In this document: piece after piece, positions 20,372 to 31,232 of the stretch
How the letters are laid out: each line of letters starts with the position of its first letter
How positions within the stretch are numbered: the first letter of the stretch is position 1
From: an uncultured Acidobacteriota bacterium
GTDB taxonomy: Bacteria; Acidobacteriota; Terriglobia; Acidiferrales; UBA7541
Direction: 5' to 3'
Assembly: GCA_963715555.1 (NCBI GenBank)
Contig: OY970253.1
Span: forward strand, 2,375,426-2,439,425
Length of the DNA: 64,000 nucleotides
Made by a program: the position numbers and the translations under genes
Notes under the pieces: model-generated
Database searches by the model: none
Told to the model about the DNA's origin: nothing
Seen by the model: only the letters and a program-made list of their open reading frames with translations

Positions 20372-21199
20372 CTATTTGCCTGCAATCTTCTCCAGCCGGT
20401 CAAACGCTGCGCGAATTTCGTCCATCGCCGGCATTCCCGGCGTCTTCTCTTTCAGTTCCATCACCAGCGCGGGCATCTCCGGTGCGCTTCCGAACGACTC
20501 AAATGCCGCCGCCCAGTCGATCGTTCCCTCGCCCGGCAACAGGTGCTCGTCCTTGTCCCCATGATTGTCGTGCATGTGGACCGTCACCACGCGCTCCCGC
20601 ATCAACTCGAAACCCGGCCCCACTCCGCCTTCGATATGCGCGTGGCCCGTGTCGAAGCAGAACTTCACCTGCAGGTGCGTCTCTTGTATGAATTGATGCA
20701 GCGTCGTGGGACAGCCCAGCTCGTCCGCCTTGTTCTCCAGGGCGATGGTCACTCCACGATGCTTGGCGAAAATGGAAAGATTTTCGAGCGATTCAAACGC
20801 CGCGTCGAGTTTTCGCGGATCGGCCGACTGCCTGCCGCTGCCGATGTGCTGGATCAAATACCGGAATGGAATCCGCTCCGCCACTTCCAGCGCACGCTTC
20901 ACTTCGTCGACGGAATCGATGCGCCGGATGCGCTCCGGCTCGGAGATTGCAATTTGCAACCCGCTCTGGGGCCCGGATATGGAATCGCGCTCGGTAGGCG
21001 AATGCAGCGCGTGCAGTTCCAGACGGTGATCGGCAAGCGCGCCGGCCAGCTCTCGCAACGCCTCTGCCGAGCGGTACTGAAAATGCCCGCTGGCGCAAAA
21101 CACTTCCACGGCCGGAATCTCCGCTTTGGCAATTTCCCCGAGCAGAGCCGGCGTGAGCGGCTGCCCCACCCACCGGTACGTCGACAGAATGCGTCGCAT
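20372..21199 (-). CDS. Sugar phosphate isomerase/epimerase (xylose isomerase-like TIM barrel)
   Basis: Pattern LENK...FCFDTGHAHI...VHMHDN, typical of the AP endonuclease 2 / xylose isomerase-like TIM-barrel family. 275 aa. Confidence 0.7.
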   Translation of the reverse strand: MRRILSTYRWVGQPLTPALLGEIAKAEIPAVEVFCASGHFQYRSAEALRELAGALADHRLELHALHSPTERDSISGPQSGLQIAISEPERIRRIDSVDEVKRALEVAERIPFRYLIQHIGSGRQSADPRKLDAAFESLENLSIFAKHRGVTIALENKADELGCPTTLHQFIQETHLQVKFCFDTGHAHIEGGVGPGFELMRERVVTVHMHDNHGDKDEHLLPGEGTIDWAAAFESFGSAPEMPALVMELKEKTPGMPAMDEIRAAFDRLEKIAGK

Positions 21200-21247
21200 C
21201 CTATCCTCGCGCTATTCCCTTACCGCGTTTATGGTCGATGGAAAATG

Positions 21248-21282
21248 ATTCCGCGTCAATAGTTCGCGTCTCGACGCGGAAT
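21248..21282 (-). terminator. Possible intrinsic terminator downstream of the Mqn-family gene
   Basis: 10-bp arms ATTCCGCGTC / GACGCGGAAT, followed on the minus strand by CATTTTCC. It lies 36 nt after the stop at 21318. The loop is long (15 nt) and an alternative inner hairpin exists. Confidence 0.35.
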
Positions 21283-21317
21283 CGTCCGATGCGGATATAC
21301 TCTGCGGAATTTCCAAA

Positions 21318-22184
21318 TCAAGCCGCTTCCGGCAGGAATTCAACCTCAAAAGAAGAAGGCACCAAGCCCGCTGCGGTGCCGCGCCCCAGCAGTTCCTTCA
21401 CGGCGCGCCGCCCCACGTCTCCGTACCCCAGCGTCCACTTGTTCACGTACATGCCGATAAACTTGTCGGCTAGCGCCGGATCCATATCCCGCGCGAACTG
21501 CAGCGAGTACTCCAGCGCCTCCTCGCGATGTTCCATCGCGTAGCTCACGCTTTCGCGAATCACGCGCGCCACGTCGCGTCCCAGCTTCGGCGCCAGACTG
21601 CGCCGGATTCCGTTGGCGCCCAGCGGCAGCGGCAAGCCGGTCGACTCCTGCCACCACTGGCCAAGGTCGACCACCTTCTGCAGGCCAACCTGCGAAAAGA
21701 GCAGCTGGCCCTCGTGGATCAGCAGCCCCGCTTCCACTTCCTTCGCCTGCACCGCGCCCAAAATCTTGTCGAATGGCATCGTCACCGTTTCGACGTTCGG
21801 CTCGAACAGCTTCAGGGCCAGGTATGAAGTCGTGCGGTTTCCGGCGACGGCAATTCTCCGCCCGGCCAGCTCGTTTTTCTTGATCGGCTTTGAAGCCACC
21901 ACGATCGGGCCGTAGCCTTCGCCGAAACTCGCCCCGCAATCCAGCAGCACGTATTTGTCGGCCACGAAGGCGTACCCGTAGAAGCTGAGAGCGGTCACAT
22001 CGTAGGTTTCCTTATGCGCCGCGCTGTTAAGGGACTCGATATCGGAAAGCACGTGCGTAAACTTCACTCCCGGAAGCCGCACCTTGCCCGTGGCCAGCGC
22101 GTAAAACATGAACGCATCGTCGCTATCCGGCGAATGCGCCAGGCTAAGCGGTACTGTTTCCGTTGAAGTCACTGCGGTAGACAT
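21318..22184 (-). CDS. MqnA/MqnD-family (futalosine-pathway menaquinone biosynthesis, periplasmic-binding-protein fold) protein
   Basis: N-terminal LSLAHSPDSDDAFMFYALATGKV is characteristic of this family. ATG at 22184 is preceded by GAGGATGG. I cannot separate MqnA from MqnD by eye. Confidence 0.6.
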   Translation of the reverse strand: MSTAVTSTETVPLSLAHSPDSDDAFMFYALATGKVRLPGVKFTHVLSDIESLNSAAHKETYDVTALSFYGYAFVADKYVLLDCGASFGEGYGPIVVASKPIKKNELAGRRIAVAGNRTTSYLALKLFEPNVETVTMPFDKILGAVQAKEVEAGLLIHEGQLLFSQVGLQKVVDLGQWWQESTGLPLPLGANGIRRSLAPKLGRDVARVIRESVSYAMEHREEALEYSLQFARDMDPALADKFIGMYVNKWTLGYGDVGRRAVKELLGRGTAAGLVPSSFEVEFLPEAA

Positions 22185-22579
22185 GTTCGTAACCATCCTC
22201 GGTTGAGAGAAGCGATTCGCCCGTCCGCGCACACCGCGCGACGAAACTTCTTTCTTCGCTGGCGTACCTTGGATGCCTCAGGTTGCCTCGGGCGTGCGCT
22301 TTCGTGTGTGAGCGTGTATGAGAGCGCCCAAGAATACCACATCGCCTCGTCGCGCGTACAGGCGGCGCCTGTACTTCGCACCTGTACCTGTGCGCCGCGC
22401 GAATTTGGGCGCCGCTTTGCTTCGAAGGACGCGCTCAAAATCTCACAATCAAAGGAGAATTGCAGAACGGTGCGACCCTCCCCTCAAATTTCGCGTCGTA
22501 AAACCATTGGATGGATTATGATAGCCGCCAGGGCGAAGTGCCTGCCTGCCGGTTCAATTTCACATTTCGGGAGTTCGCA

Positions 22580-23563
<984 letters not shown>

Positions 23564-23738
23564 GTTTCTGATTGGTTGCCAGACAGGTGCTAGCGGAATC
23601 GCCTCGCGCGTGTGTACGGCTCTTTCGTGCGAGGGAACGTTCGATATGCGCGCGCGAGAACCGCGCGTTATTGCGCGGAGCGCGCCGCGGGCCGACTCTC
23701 GCCAGCCCGCGTCCCGTTCATAAATCGCGCCGAATGCC

Positions 23739-24401
23739 CTAGCGGTGAAGGGCTGCAGCGGAATGCCCGGCCTCGTGCTGCTGCCGTCGTGGCAAGTGCG
23801 GCGGAATTCTCTCGGGCGTATGCGCGGTCACCAGCGGGCGCATGTGCTGGCTGCTGCTGACATGCTCGCTGATCGCCTGCAAACGCTTCAGAATTCCCTG
23901 CCACTGATTCCAATCGAGCTGCCGCAAAAACGGCCGGAGCCCCTGAATAAAGGGGTCCTCGAGAACCGTCTCACCGTTCGATTCGGGAACGAAGAAGCGG
24001 TTCAGCCCGACTCCCAACGCCTCAGCGATCTTCTCCAGCGTGCCGAGGCTTGGCGTCATTTGTCCGCTTTCAATTCGGGACAAGTAAGAGCGCGATACGC
24101 GTGAACGAGCCTGTAACTGGCTCTGCGTCATACCGCGCGATTCCCGCAACTGCCGGATTCGCTGGCCGATGTTTTCCACGGTTTCGCGGTTCGGCCAGTT
24201 CTCAAACAGTTGGCGGTCGTCTCCCGGCAGGTCCTGAGGCGACGGCGTCGGTATGACGAACGTCACCTTTGGTGGCAGCAAGCGCAGACAACGACGACAA
24301 TTGCCTGTGCGCGTACGATACTGCACCAACCCGCATACTTGACAACGAATGACTTCTCGATCGAATTCCATACTCGTAGCTATGCCATCTTTTTCCGCCA
24401 C
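23739..24401 (-). CDS. XRE-family HTH transcriptional regulator with N-terminal zinc-ribbon-like segment
   Basis: IGQRIRQLRESRGMTQSQLQARSRVSRSYLSRIESGQMTPSLGTLEKIAEALGV is an XRE HTH. CQVCG...CRRC lies near the N-terminus. Start uncertain. Confidence 0.75.
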   Translation of the reverse strand: MAEKDGIATSMEFDREVIRCQVCGLVQYRTRTGNCRRCLRLLPPKVTFVIPTPSPQDLPGDDRQLFENWPNRETVENIGQRIRQLRESRGMTQSQLQARSRVSRSYLSRIESGQMTPSLGTLEKIAEALGVGLNRFFVPESNGETVLEDPFIQGLRPFLRQLDWNQWQGILKRLQAISEHVSSSQHMRPLVTAHTPERIPPHLPRRQQHEAGHSAAALHR

Positions 24402-24748
24402 CGGTCTCCTCGCAGACTATTCCCGGCGATGCGAAGGGGAGGAACGTCACAATCTAGGGAAGGCAGGAACTGGCGCGCGAGTCATTCTCCATAGGGTGCC
24501 AATTCTTGTCAAGCCCTTTTTCCCTTTTTTGACGAAATCCCCGGGCCCCATTCTAACTTCCGGCGAAAGCGCGTTACAAACAAAATGGATGAGCGTGTGC
24601 GGTAGTCGCCATATGTTCTCGCTCGCAGCGAATGACATCATTCGTCCACGTCGCGTCGCAACGGCCAGACATTTTTTGCGCGAAGTTGCGTGTGCTATGA
24701 TGACCGTGCCTTCCTTGGCGGGCGATTTTTCTCACGGAGGAAAATTCT

Positions 24749-25456
24749 TTGAGGTGGAAACACGCGAGAACGGCCTTGGCACTCTGGTTGGTAATTTGCA
24801 CAGCGCCGGCGATTCTCGCTGCCGCGCGGCCGCAAACCCGGGAAGCGTGGACATGGAACACAGTCCGTGCGGAACTCGACCGAGAAGCCAAAAATTTCCA
24901 CAGCCTCTCGGCCAGCATGGAGCGCACGAAGGTAACGGTGGTCGTCAACGACCGCTCCACCGAGCGCGGCGACATCTTCGTGCGCGGCGACAAAATGCTC
25001 CTCCAGATCAAGGCACCTGATCCGCGCACCATTCTCCGCCTGGGAGACAATCTTTACATCTACAACCCGGGCCTGAAGCGGGTCGAGGAATACAACCTGG
25101 GCAAAAATCGTGCAATGGTCGAACAGTTTCTGCTTCTCGGATTCGGCACGCGTGGTTCGGAGCTGGAAAAGGGCTACGACGTGAAGCTCTTGCGCGAGGA
25201 GAGAATCTCCGATCAAGGAGTGGTCGTTCTGGATCTGACTCCGAAATCCGCGCAAGTGCGCCACGAAATTTCGAAAATTCAAATCTGGGTGAGCGAAGCA
25301 ACGTGGCTGCCCGTGCAGCAGGAGTTTTACGAGGCCGGCTCCGGCGACTACTCGATCGTGCGCTACTCGAATGTGGTGCGCAACGCGGAAATTCCCGATT
25401 CCACTTTCCGCCAGAATTGGCCCAAGGGAACACAAAAGGTAAAGTTGCGAGGCTAA
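24749..25456 (+). CDS. LolA-like outer-membrane lipoprotein-sorting family protein
   Basis: Signal peptide (ALALWLVICTAPAILAA) with beta-rich motifs GDIFVRGDKMLLQI and LYIYNPGLKRVEEY, as in LolA/outer membrane lipoprotein carrier-like proteins. TTG start. Confidence 0.55.
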   Translation: MRWKHARTALALWLVICTAPAILAAARPQTREAWTWNTVRAELDREAKNFHSLSASMERTKVTVVVNDRSTERGDIFVRGDKMLLQIKAPDPRTILRLGDNLYIYNPGLKRVEEYNLGKNRAMVEQFLLLGFGTRGSELEKGYDVKLLREERISDQGVVVLDLTPKSAQVRHEISKIQIWVSEATWLPVQQEFYEAGSGDYSIVRYSNVVRNAEIPDSTFRQNWPKGTQKVKLRG

Positions 25457-25501
25457 ACCGCGGCGGCGCTCAAAGCTCCGCTACCAGCCTCGCCCCGTTC
25501 A

Positions 25502-26656
25502 TCACGATTTCCCCTTCCGTTTTTCTACAGTCGCGGACTCGGTCTGCAGCAACACCCGCTTGCGATCAATTCCCCACCGGTATCCGGCGAGCTCACCGTC
25601 TTCGCGCACCACGCGGTGGCATGGCACGACCACGGCCACGGGATTCGTGGCGCAGGCGCGCGCCACGGCGCGGACCGCGGACGGTTTACCGATCGAGCGA
25701 GCGACTTCCGTGTATGTGCGCGTGGAACCATACGGGATTTTGCGAAGTTCTTCCCAGACGCGGCGCTGAAAAGCCGTGGCGCGGACGTCGGTTGGCAAGT
25801 CGAGGTGGGGTTCGCGCCCGCGAAGATGCTCCAGAACTTTGGCGACCCATTTCCCAAGTTTTCCGGAGCCGATGTGACTCTCGGCGTCGGGCAAGATTTC
25901 TGCGCGGGGATACTCCTCCCGCAGCGCAGCGCGGAGCACGGCGTCGGAATCGCTCAGGTAGAGGGCGCTGATGCCGCGGCCCGTGGCGCCGACGAGCAAC
26001 CGGCCCAGCGGTGAATCCGCGATTGCATAGTGGATTTTCATTCCCTGGCCGCCGCGGCCATATTCGCCGGGCGTCATGCCCAGTTGCGACGGAGCGCGTT
26101 CGTAGAGGCGGCTCGATGAGCCGAATCCTGCGTCGTAGAGTGCGGTAGTCACGTCGTCTCCTTTTTTCAGGCGAGATTTTAGCCGGCGCATGCGCTGCGC
26201 ATCCGCATACTGACGCGGCGTGATGCCCATCGCGCCGCGAAAAGCGCGATCGAGCTGATAGGGGCTCATTCCGGCGATGCCACCGAGCGCGGCGAGCGTC
26301 AGCCGATCATCTTTTGGCACGCCGATGGAATCGGCCGCGATCCGAGAGTCGATCCATCGGCAGATGCGCGCCACCGCGTCGAGTTTCGGATCGCGAGGCG
26401 TCACGCGGGAGGGCTTGCAGCGCCGGCAGGGACGAAATCCTTCGCGCTCGGCCGCTTCGGCAAGCGGAAAGAACCTCACATTTGACGGGCGCGGCCGGCG
26501 CGAGGGGCAAGACGGCTTGCAGTAAATTCCGGTGGAGCGCACGGCATAGACGAACGCGCCATCGGCTTGCCGGTCGCGCGACTTGACCGCTTTCCAAAGC
26601 GAGCGGCGATCATAGTCGCGCCAGAATTTGTCTGCGGATTTGTTTCGCTTTGTCAT
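25502..26656 (-). CDS. ada: Bifunctional Ada: methylphosphotriester-DNA methyltransferase/AraC regulator plus O6-methylguanine-DNA methyltransferase
   Basis: An N-terminal Cys4 Ada Zn domain (YCKPSCPSRRPRPSNVRFF...CRRC) is followed by an AraC HTH. The C-terminus carries the MGMT active site VVPCHRVV. Confidence 0.85.
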   Translation of the reverse strand: MTKRNKSADKFWRDYDRRSLWKAVKSRDRQADGAFVYAVRSTGIYCKPSCPSRRPRPSNVRFFPLAEAAEREGFRPCRRCKPSRVTPRDPKLDAVARICRWIDSRIAADSIGVPKDDRLTLAALGGIAGMSPYQLDRAFRGAMGITPRQYADAQRMRRLKSRLKKGDDVTTALYDAGFGSSSRLYERAPSQLGMTPGEYGRGGQGMKIHYAIADSPLGRLLVGATGRGISALYLSDSDAVLRAALREEYPRAEILPDAESHIGSGKLGKWVAKVLEHLRGREPHLDLPTDVRATAFQRRVWEELRKIPYGSTRTYTEVARSIGKPSAVRAVARACATNPVAVVVPCHRVVREDGELAGYRWGIDRKRVLLQTESATVEKRKGKS

Positions 26657-26932
26657 CGGCTGTGAATTTCGCCCTTATTTCTCCCGCGTGCAAATCTATC
26701 GAAACAGGAGCGAAGCTCGCTATCCGAATCTTGCGGCCAAAGTGTACGAAGGCTGTAGCGGTCAGCCAGTACCACGGGCGGATGCAACTGGCTGGAATCA
26801 ATACACTTGGATTCTTGTTGCATTATAGGACACCTCCTTCGGTTGGCCCTTGACCATCGAAACCGGGACGAGCATATTCGGAAAGCCTGTTCGCGTGGGG
26901 GTCACTGTCGAATGGGGCTTGGGGGATGTGCC

Positions 26933-27436
26933 ATGGGAGCTGCTCCGGAGTGGATCGGACAGCGGCCTGCCAGTTCGCCGCTGCATGAACGCGAAGTTGA
27001 ACGCCGCACGGAAACCGTCACAGCTCATTCGGTAAAACCAGGTCCGCGCAGATTTACGCGCGTGCCGACGCACGCCATTGGTGTGCCCGACGAGCGCCGC
27101 CGCAATCCGCGCGCTGCCTTGGCGCTGCCGCTGCGGCTGACGCGGGTCGGCGAGAGGCCGGAGCCGACGCCGGTCACGCTGGTCACGCGGAACATCAGCT
27201 CGAGCGGCGTCTATTTCCTTGCGCCCCGCGAGATCGAGCCGGGTACGGCCATCGAGCTGGAAGTCGCACTGGTGGAGCGGGCGGCCGGTTTCGGCACCGT
27301 GCAGATGTGCACCGCCGCGCATATTGTCCGCGCCGAAGAATGCGATATGCCGGGCTGGCGCGGCTACGCTGCGAGCTTTGATGATTTTGCGCTGCGCCGC
27401 GACGACGTGCTTCCGATTCGCTTCAACTCTCACTAG
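26933..27436 (+). CDS. PilZ domain protein
   Basis: Canonical c-di-GMP motifs RRNPR (RxxxR) and NISSSG (NxSxxG). ATG at 26933 is preceded by GGGGGA. The start is uncertain (the ORF is open from 26807). Confidence 0.7.
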   Translation: MGAAPEWIGQRPASSPLHEREVERRTETVTAHSVKPGPRRFTRVPTHAIGVPDERRRNPRAALALPLRLTRVGERPEPTPVTLVTRNISSSGVYFLAPREIEPGTAIELEVALVERAAGFGTVQMCTAAHIVRAEECDMPGWRGYAASFDDFALRRDDVLPIRFNSH

Positions 27437-27511
27437 CGCGAATCTCACCTCTACAGGCTGCTGCCTTCGGTCATCGGGCCGGACTGTGCGCACCCCAAAG
27501 CGCAGAGCGCT

Positions 27512-28231
27512 TTGGGGACCCCGTATAGAACTGCGGACTTCTGCTACCATCCTGTCGTTGTGAACGATTCCATCGCGAATTTGCCACGCTTCCCTGCCCG
27601 TGTGGTCCTGCTCGATTGGGACGGCACGCTGCTCGATTCCTACGCCGCGGATGCGCGCGCGTACATGGCCATGTTCCGCGCGCTCAAAATCGAGTGGGGC
27701 GAAGCCGAACTCAAGCAGCACTACTGCCCGAACTGGTACGAAGTCTATCGCGCGGCGCGCGTGCCGCGGTCGAAATGGCGGCAAGCGGACCGGCTCTGGC
27801 GCGCAGCTTACGGCGCGGAGCGTCCCAAGCTGCTGCCGGGAGCGCGAAGCGTAGTGCGGGCGCTGGCGCGCAAGTTCCAGTTGGGGCTGGTGACCAGCGG
27901 GAGCCGCGATCGCGTCCGACAACAGATTGCCGGGTTCGGATTTGAGGAGCTTTTCGCAGCATGCGTTTTCAGCGAGGACGCCGCACGCAAGAAGCCGCAT
28001 CCGGCCCCGTTGCACCTGGCGCTGAAGAGGCTGCGAGCCCGCGCCGAGGATTGCGTCTACGTGGGTGACGCGGCGGAAGACATCGAAATGGCGCGGCGAG
28101 CCGGAGTGCGGCCGATTGGCGTGCTGGGCCCGTTCCCGACCGCGGAGCGCATTCGCGAAGCGCGCCCCGACCTGCTGCTGGAGTCGATCCGCGAATTGCC
28201 GCGGTACCTGCGGGCTGTCGAAATTCGGTGA
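27512..28231 (+). CDS. HAD-superfamily hydrolase (phosphoglycolate phosphatase-like)
   Basis: Motif I VVLLDWDGTLLDS and motif IV YVGDAAEDIEMARRAG. The start is uncertain (TTG at 27512 or GTG at 27560). Confidence 0.8.
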   Translation: MGTPYRTADFCYHPVVVNDSIANLPRFPARVVLLDWDGTLLDSYAADARAYMAMFRALKIEWGEAELKQHYCPNWYEVYRAARVPRSKWRQADRLWRAAYGAERPKLLPGARSVVRALARKFQLGLVTSGSRDRVRQQIAGFGFEELFAACVFSEDAARKKPHPAPLHLALKRLRARAEDCVYVGDAAEDIEMARRAGVRPIGVLGPFPTAERIREARPDLLLESIRELPRYLRAVEIR

Positions 28232-28261
28232 GTTTTTTGTCGAAAATGTAGCGAGAAACAT

Positions 28262-28349
28262 TGCACCGGGACGTTCCAGGTAGGCAGGGTCGCCGTCGTT
28301 TATTTTCAACAAGTTAGATACGTTTCTACTCAAGAGACTGTTCCGGGTA
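28262..28349 (-). repeat. Dispersed repeat family 1, copy R2 (inverted orientation)
   Basis: The reverse complement reads TACCCGGAACAGTCTCTTGAGTAGAAACG...GAAAATAAACGA...CTACCTGGAACGTCCCGGTGCA, colinear with copies at 8793-8880 and 51479-51563. Confidence 0.8.
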
Positions 28350-28450
28350 GAACGTGGCGATTCGCGATTGGTGACTGGCGACTGGTGCGGGCCGATTGCG
28401 TCGCTTGAGGTGAGGGACGGCCGGGTGCCGATATCCGTGCGGAGCCTGTG

Positions 28451-28474
28451 CCGGGCCGAAGGCCCGGCGCTACA
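28451..28474 (-). repeat. REP-like element (GTAG head plus GC-rich hairpin)
   Basis: The plus strand reads CCGGGCCGAAGGCCCGGCGCTACA. On the minus strand this is GTAG followed by an 8-bp-stem palindrome. Confidence 0.6.
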
Positions 28475-28515
28475 TTGAATCCCGGCGGAATACGGCGCGG
28501 AGGCAAACAAGGCGT

Positions 28516-28541
28516 GCCGCGCTGAAGGCCGCGGCGCTACG
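28516..28541 (-). repeat. REP-like element (GTAG head plus GC-rich hairpin)
   Basis: The plus strand reads GCCGCGCTGAAGGCCGCGGCGCTACG. It has the same architecture and orientation as 28451-28474, 42 nt away. Confidence 0.6.
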
Positions 28542-28753
28542 TTTAATTCCTTTCGTCGCCAATCCGCCGATTCAAGGGTCGCGACTGCTGTCCATTCGCC
28601 GATCTTTTGGTTTGCGCGCATCATCACAGATCGACCATAGCAGACGCGGGAACGGTTTCTACTGGCCGAAGGTGCAAATTAGGGACAGGTTCTAGAACTG
28701 TACCTTTCGGATGAGTCGGGGTCGAACTTGGAAGCTCGGCTACGGTTCCCGGG

Positions 28754-29908
28754 TCACGGCATTCCCGGTACGACCGGCTGGTTCCAATCGGGTTTGCGTG
28801 TGCAACCAGAGACGTTGGCAGATACTGCGACGGTCAGTAGGTGCGGCGCGACATCCTCGCCGACCCCGGCCTTCGTAGAGGTGGCGATGACCGCAGATGT
28901 CTTTCCGGTTGCGTCCGTAATCTTAATTCGGAACTTTCCGGCGGGCAATCTTAGGGATCGGAACGCAGCCCAGCCGCGAACTGTCTCGCCTTTCAAGAGC
29001 GTATGGCCGCCTATCAGTGAGTCAAAGATTGGGAACGCCATAACGCTGGCCTGCTTAAAGTGGCCGGCTCCGGTCGAAGCCGAATACATGTAGTACAAGC
29101 TATCGCTTCCTTCCGATGGAATGCTGATGGTCCATCCCATGGGTGGGGCAACCTTTGCCAGCGTTCCGACCATGTAGCCCTCGGCCAAATTTAGCCTCGT
29201 AAGTGGATACCACTTCCCTTTGTCGCTGGCTTCCAGCGTGTAGTTGATGACGGTCTTGGGGTCTGGCTGAATATTGGTCAGTCTCAGGAATAGGAGGTCG
29301 TCGATTGGGTCAAGGGTACAGCCTTCAAGGCCGGACTGTTCGAGCCAGTAGCCCGTGAACGATCCCGAGCCTGGGCCCACGAGTCCCGCTTCCACGGCGA
29401 ACGCGAACGGTGAGCCCGGAGCCCGTTTCGCACTGGTACCCGTAGATTGCGTCGTAATTGCCGGCGCGGGAGCCGGCTTCGGTTCGCGGCTGGGGATGTA
29501 ATTGCTGATCTCCTGGGCGGTTGGGATGTGTGGGAAATTCCTCTTTATCAGGAGCTCGGCGCCATAAAGGCCGGCGGTCGCGATAGCGAAAACGGCGCCA
29601 TACGCAAGCACCCGGACCGTTCTTCTCTTCCCGCGAACTACGCCTACCCGGTGAAAGGCTAGTAGGACGATAATTCCAGACGCGACGAGTACGAGCGGGT
29701 AGTCGAAGCCCAGTAGCGTAGCTACGATACCTATCGCGAACATGAACCACGGGTGCTCGAAGAAATCGAGCAGTTTTTGTCCTGTCGTCTTTTCCTCGTG
29801 TTGGGTGTTATGAGGCATGGCGCCCGAAGGCTTCGCTGGTGGAGTTAGCCGCTCGTCAAGTGTGCGACAAAGTGCTCTCTTAAACTTTCTGCGCTGATGG
29901 CTGTCCAC
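28754..29908 (-). CDS. Hypothetical membrane protein
   Basis: 384-aa ORF with 3-4 N-terminal TM segments (WFMFAIGIVATLLGF, LVLVASGIIVLLAF, VLAYGAVFAIATAGLYGA), a Pro-rich linker, then a beta-rich domain of about 230 aa. No family recognised. The start is uncertain (alternative ATG at 29818). Confidence 0.55.
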   Translation of the reverse strand: MDSHQRRKFKRALCRTLDERLTPPAKPSGAMPHNTQHEEKTTGQKLLDFFEHPWFMFAIGIVATLLGFDYPLVLVASGIIVLLAFHRVGVVRGKRRTVRVLAYGAVFAIATAGLYGAELLIKRNFPHIPTAQEISNYIPSREPKPAPAPAITTQSTGTSAKRAPGSPFAFAVEAGLVGPGSGSFTGYWLEQSGLEGCTLDPIDDLLFLRLTNIQPDPKTVINYTLEASDKGKWYPLTRLNLAEGYMVGTLAKVAPPMGWTISIPSEGSDSLYYMYSASTGAGHFKQASVMAFPIFDSLIGGHTLLKGETVRGWAAFRSLRLPAGKFRIKITDATGKTSAVIATSTKAGVGEDVAPHLLTVAVSANVSGCTRKPDWNQPVVPGMP

Positions 29909-29999
29909 AATTACGCATAGTATACCGATACTTTTTCGACCACGGGTCTACGTTTGCGGACGTGGACATAAATTCCGAGACGAGACACCTTTTCGTGAG

Positions 30000-30599
30000 T
30001 TACAGGTCGCGGCGGCCTTCCATGGCTTTGAGCATGGTGACTTCGTCGGCGTATTCGAGGTCGGAGCCGACGGGGATGCCCATGGCGATGCGGGTGACGC
30101 GGACGCCGAGGGGCTTGATGAGTTTGGAGAGATAGACGGCGGTGGCTTCGCCTTCGGCGGTGGGATTGGTGGCGATGATGATTTCCTGGACGCCGCCGCC
30201 CTTGAGGCGTTCGATGAGACTCTTGATTTTGAGCTGGTCGGGGCCAATACCCTGCAGCGGAGAGAGCGAGCCGCCGAGGACGTGGTAGAGGCCGTTGAAC
30301 TGGCGCGTCTTTTCGACGGATTGGATGTTGGTGGCTTCCTCGAGCACGCAGATTAGCGCGCGATTGCGCGCGGGGTTGGTGCAGAAGAGGCAGGGGTCGG
30401 CGTCGGTAATGTTGTTGCAGACCGAGCATTCGCGGACTTTTTCCTTGGCGTCGCGAATGGCATCGGAAAGGGCAAGGGCCTGGTCGCGGTCCACGCGGAG
30501 AAGGAAAAAGGCGAGCCGCTGGGCGGTCTTTTGGCCGATGCCGGGCAGACGCTTGAGTTCGTCGATGAGCCGGGAAACCGAAGGAGCAAAATCAGCCAT
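30000..30599 (-). CDS. recR: Recombination protein RecR
   Basis: [24 protein letters not shown] (HhH), a C4 zinc finger ([16 protein letters not shown]) and a Toprim domain. 199 aa. Confidence 0.95.
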   Translation of the reverse strand: MADFAPSVSRLIDELKRLPGIGQKTAQRLAFFLLRVDRDQALALSDAIRDAKEKVRECSVCNNITDADPCLFCTNPARNRALICVLEEATNIQSVEKTRQFNGLYHVLGGSLSPLQGIGPDQLKIKSLIERLKGGGVQEIIIATNPTAEGEATAVYLSKLIKPLGVRVTRIAMGIPVGSDLEYADEVTMLKAMEGRRDL

Positions 30600-30707
30600 G
30601 CAGTGTCATCTCGTTTCGTGTGCGGTTGCGAATGGATGATTATCGCAGAAGTGCGCGGGGGTTGGCCACAGAGACGAGGAGGCACGGAGGAATGGAAGAA
30701 GCTGGGT

Positions 30708-31232
30708 TCAGAAACCACATCGCCAAAGGTAAAAGCACTTCAGTTTCCGGACCTTCCGAAACCCGTCGCAGATACACGGTGCGTAGACGTAGTTCGTGAG
30801 AGTAACGTGGCTACCCTCTAATTTCACCGTGGGCGCGGGTTGAACAGGCTCGGGGCCCGTGCGATTGCAATCGTCAGGGCATTTTCCTTCGGTCACGATG
30901 AGGTTAAAGGTGTAGGTCACGCGATACGCGGTGACGGCATCGGCGCAGTTGCGGCATTGGAACTGAGATTGCTGCGCGCTTTGAAGCGCGGCCCTGATTA
31001 GCAGCGGAGGACCACTGACGACACGCGCGAATTCCTGGCTGCCGTCGCGCTTGACTCCGACCTCAATTTCCACGTCGCCGCTGATGTGAGCCGTTCGCGC
31101 AATTTGCGGATAGGCGATGGGCCCTAATTTCGTCAGGACGATATGGGCTTCTGGGGCGGCGCTCTGCCCCAGCAAAGAAGGCGCTAGAATTGCCACGGCA
31201 ACGAGGACAAGCAGAGAGAGACAGCGGGACAT
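30708..31232 (-). CDS. Secreted protein with TonB C-terminal-like domain
   Basis: Signal peptide (LSLLVLVAVAILAPSLLG) and YPQIARTAHISGDVEIEVGVKRDGS...RAALQSAQQSQF, resembling the TonB_C fold motif. Several Cys residues lie in the C-terminus. Confidence 0.5.
   Translation of the reverse strand: MSRCLSLLVLVAVAILAPSLLGQSAAPEAHIVLTKLGPIAYPQIARTAHISGDVEIEVGVKRDGSQEFARVVSGPPLLIRAALQSAQQSQFQCRNCADAVTAYRVTYTFNLIVTEGKCPDDCNRTGPEPVQPAPTVKLEGSHVTLTNYVYAPCICDGFRKVRKLKCFYLWRCGF

Noticed and set aside
26657-26760. Ada-box (AAT-N6-GCAA) upstream of ada.
   Set aside because: Only partial matches are present (AATAAGGGCGAAA), so this is not convincing without a genome-specific consensus.
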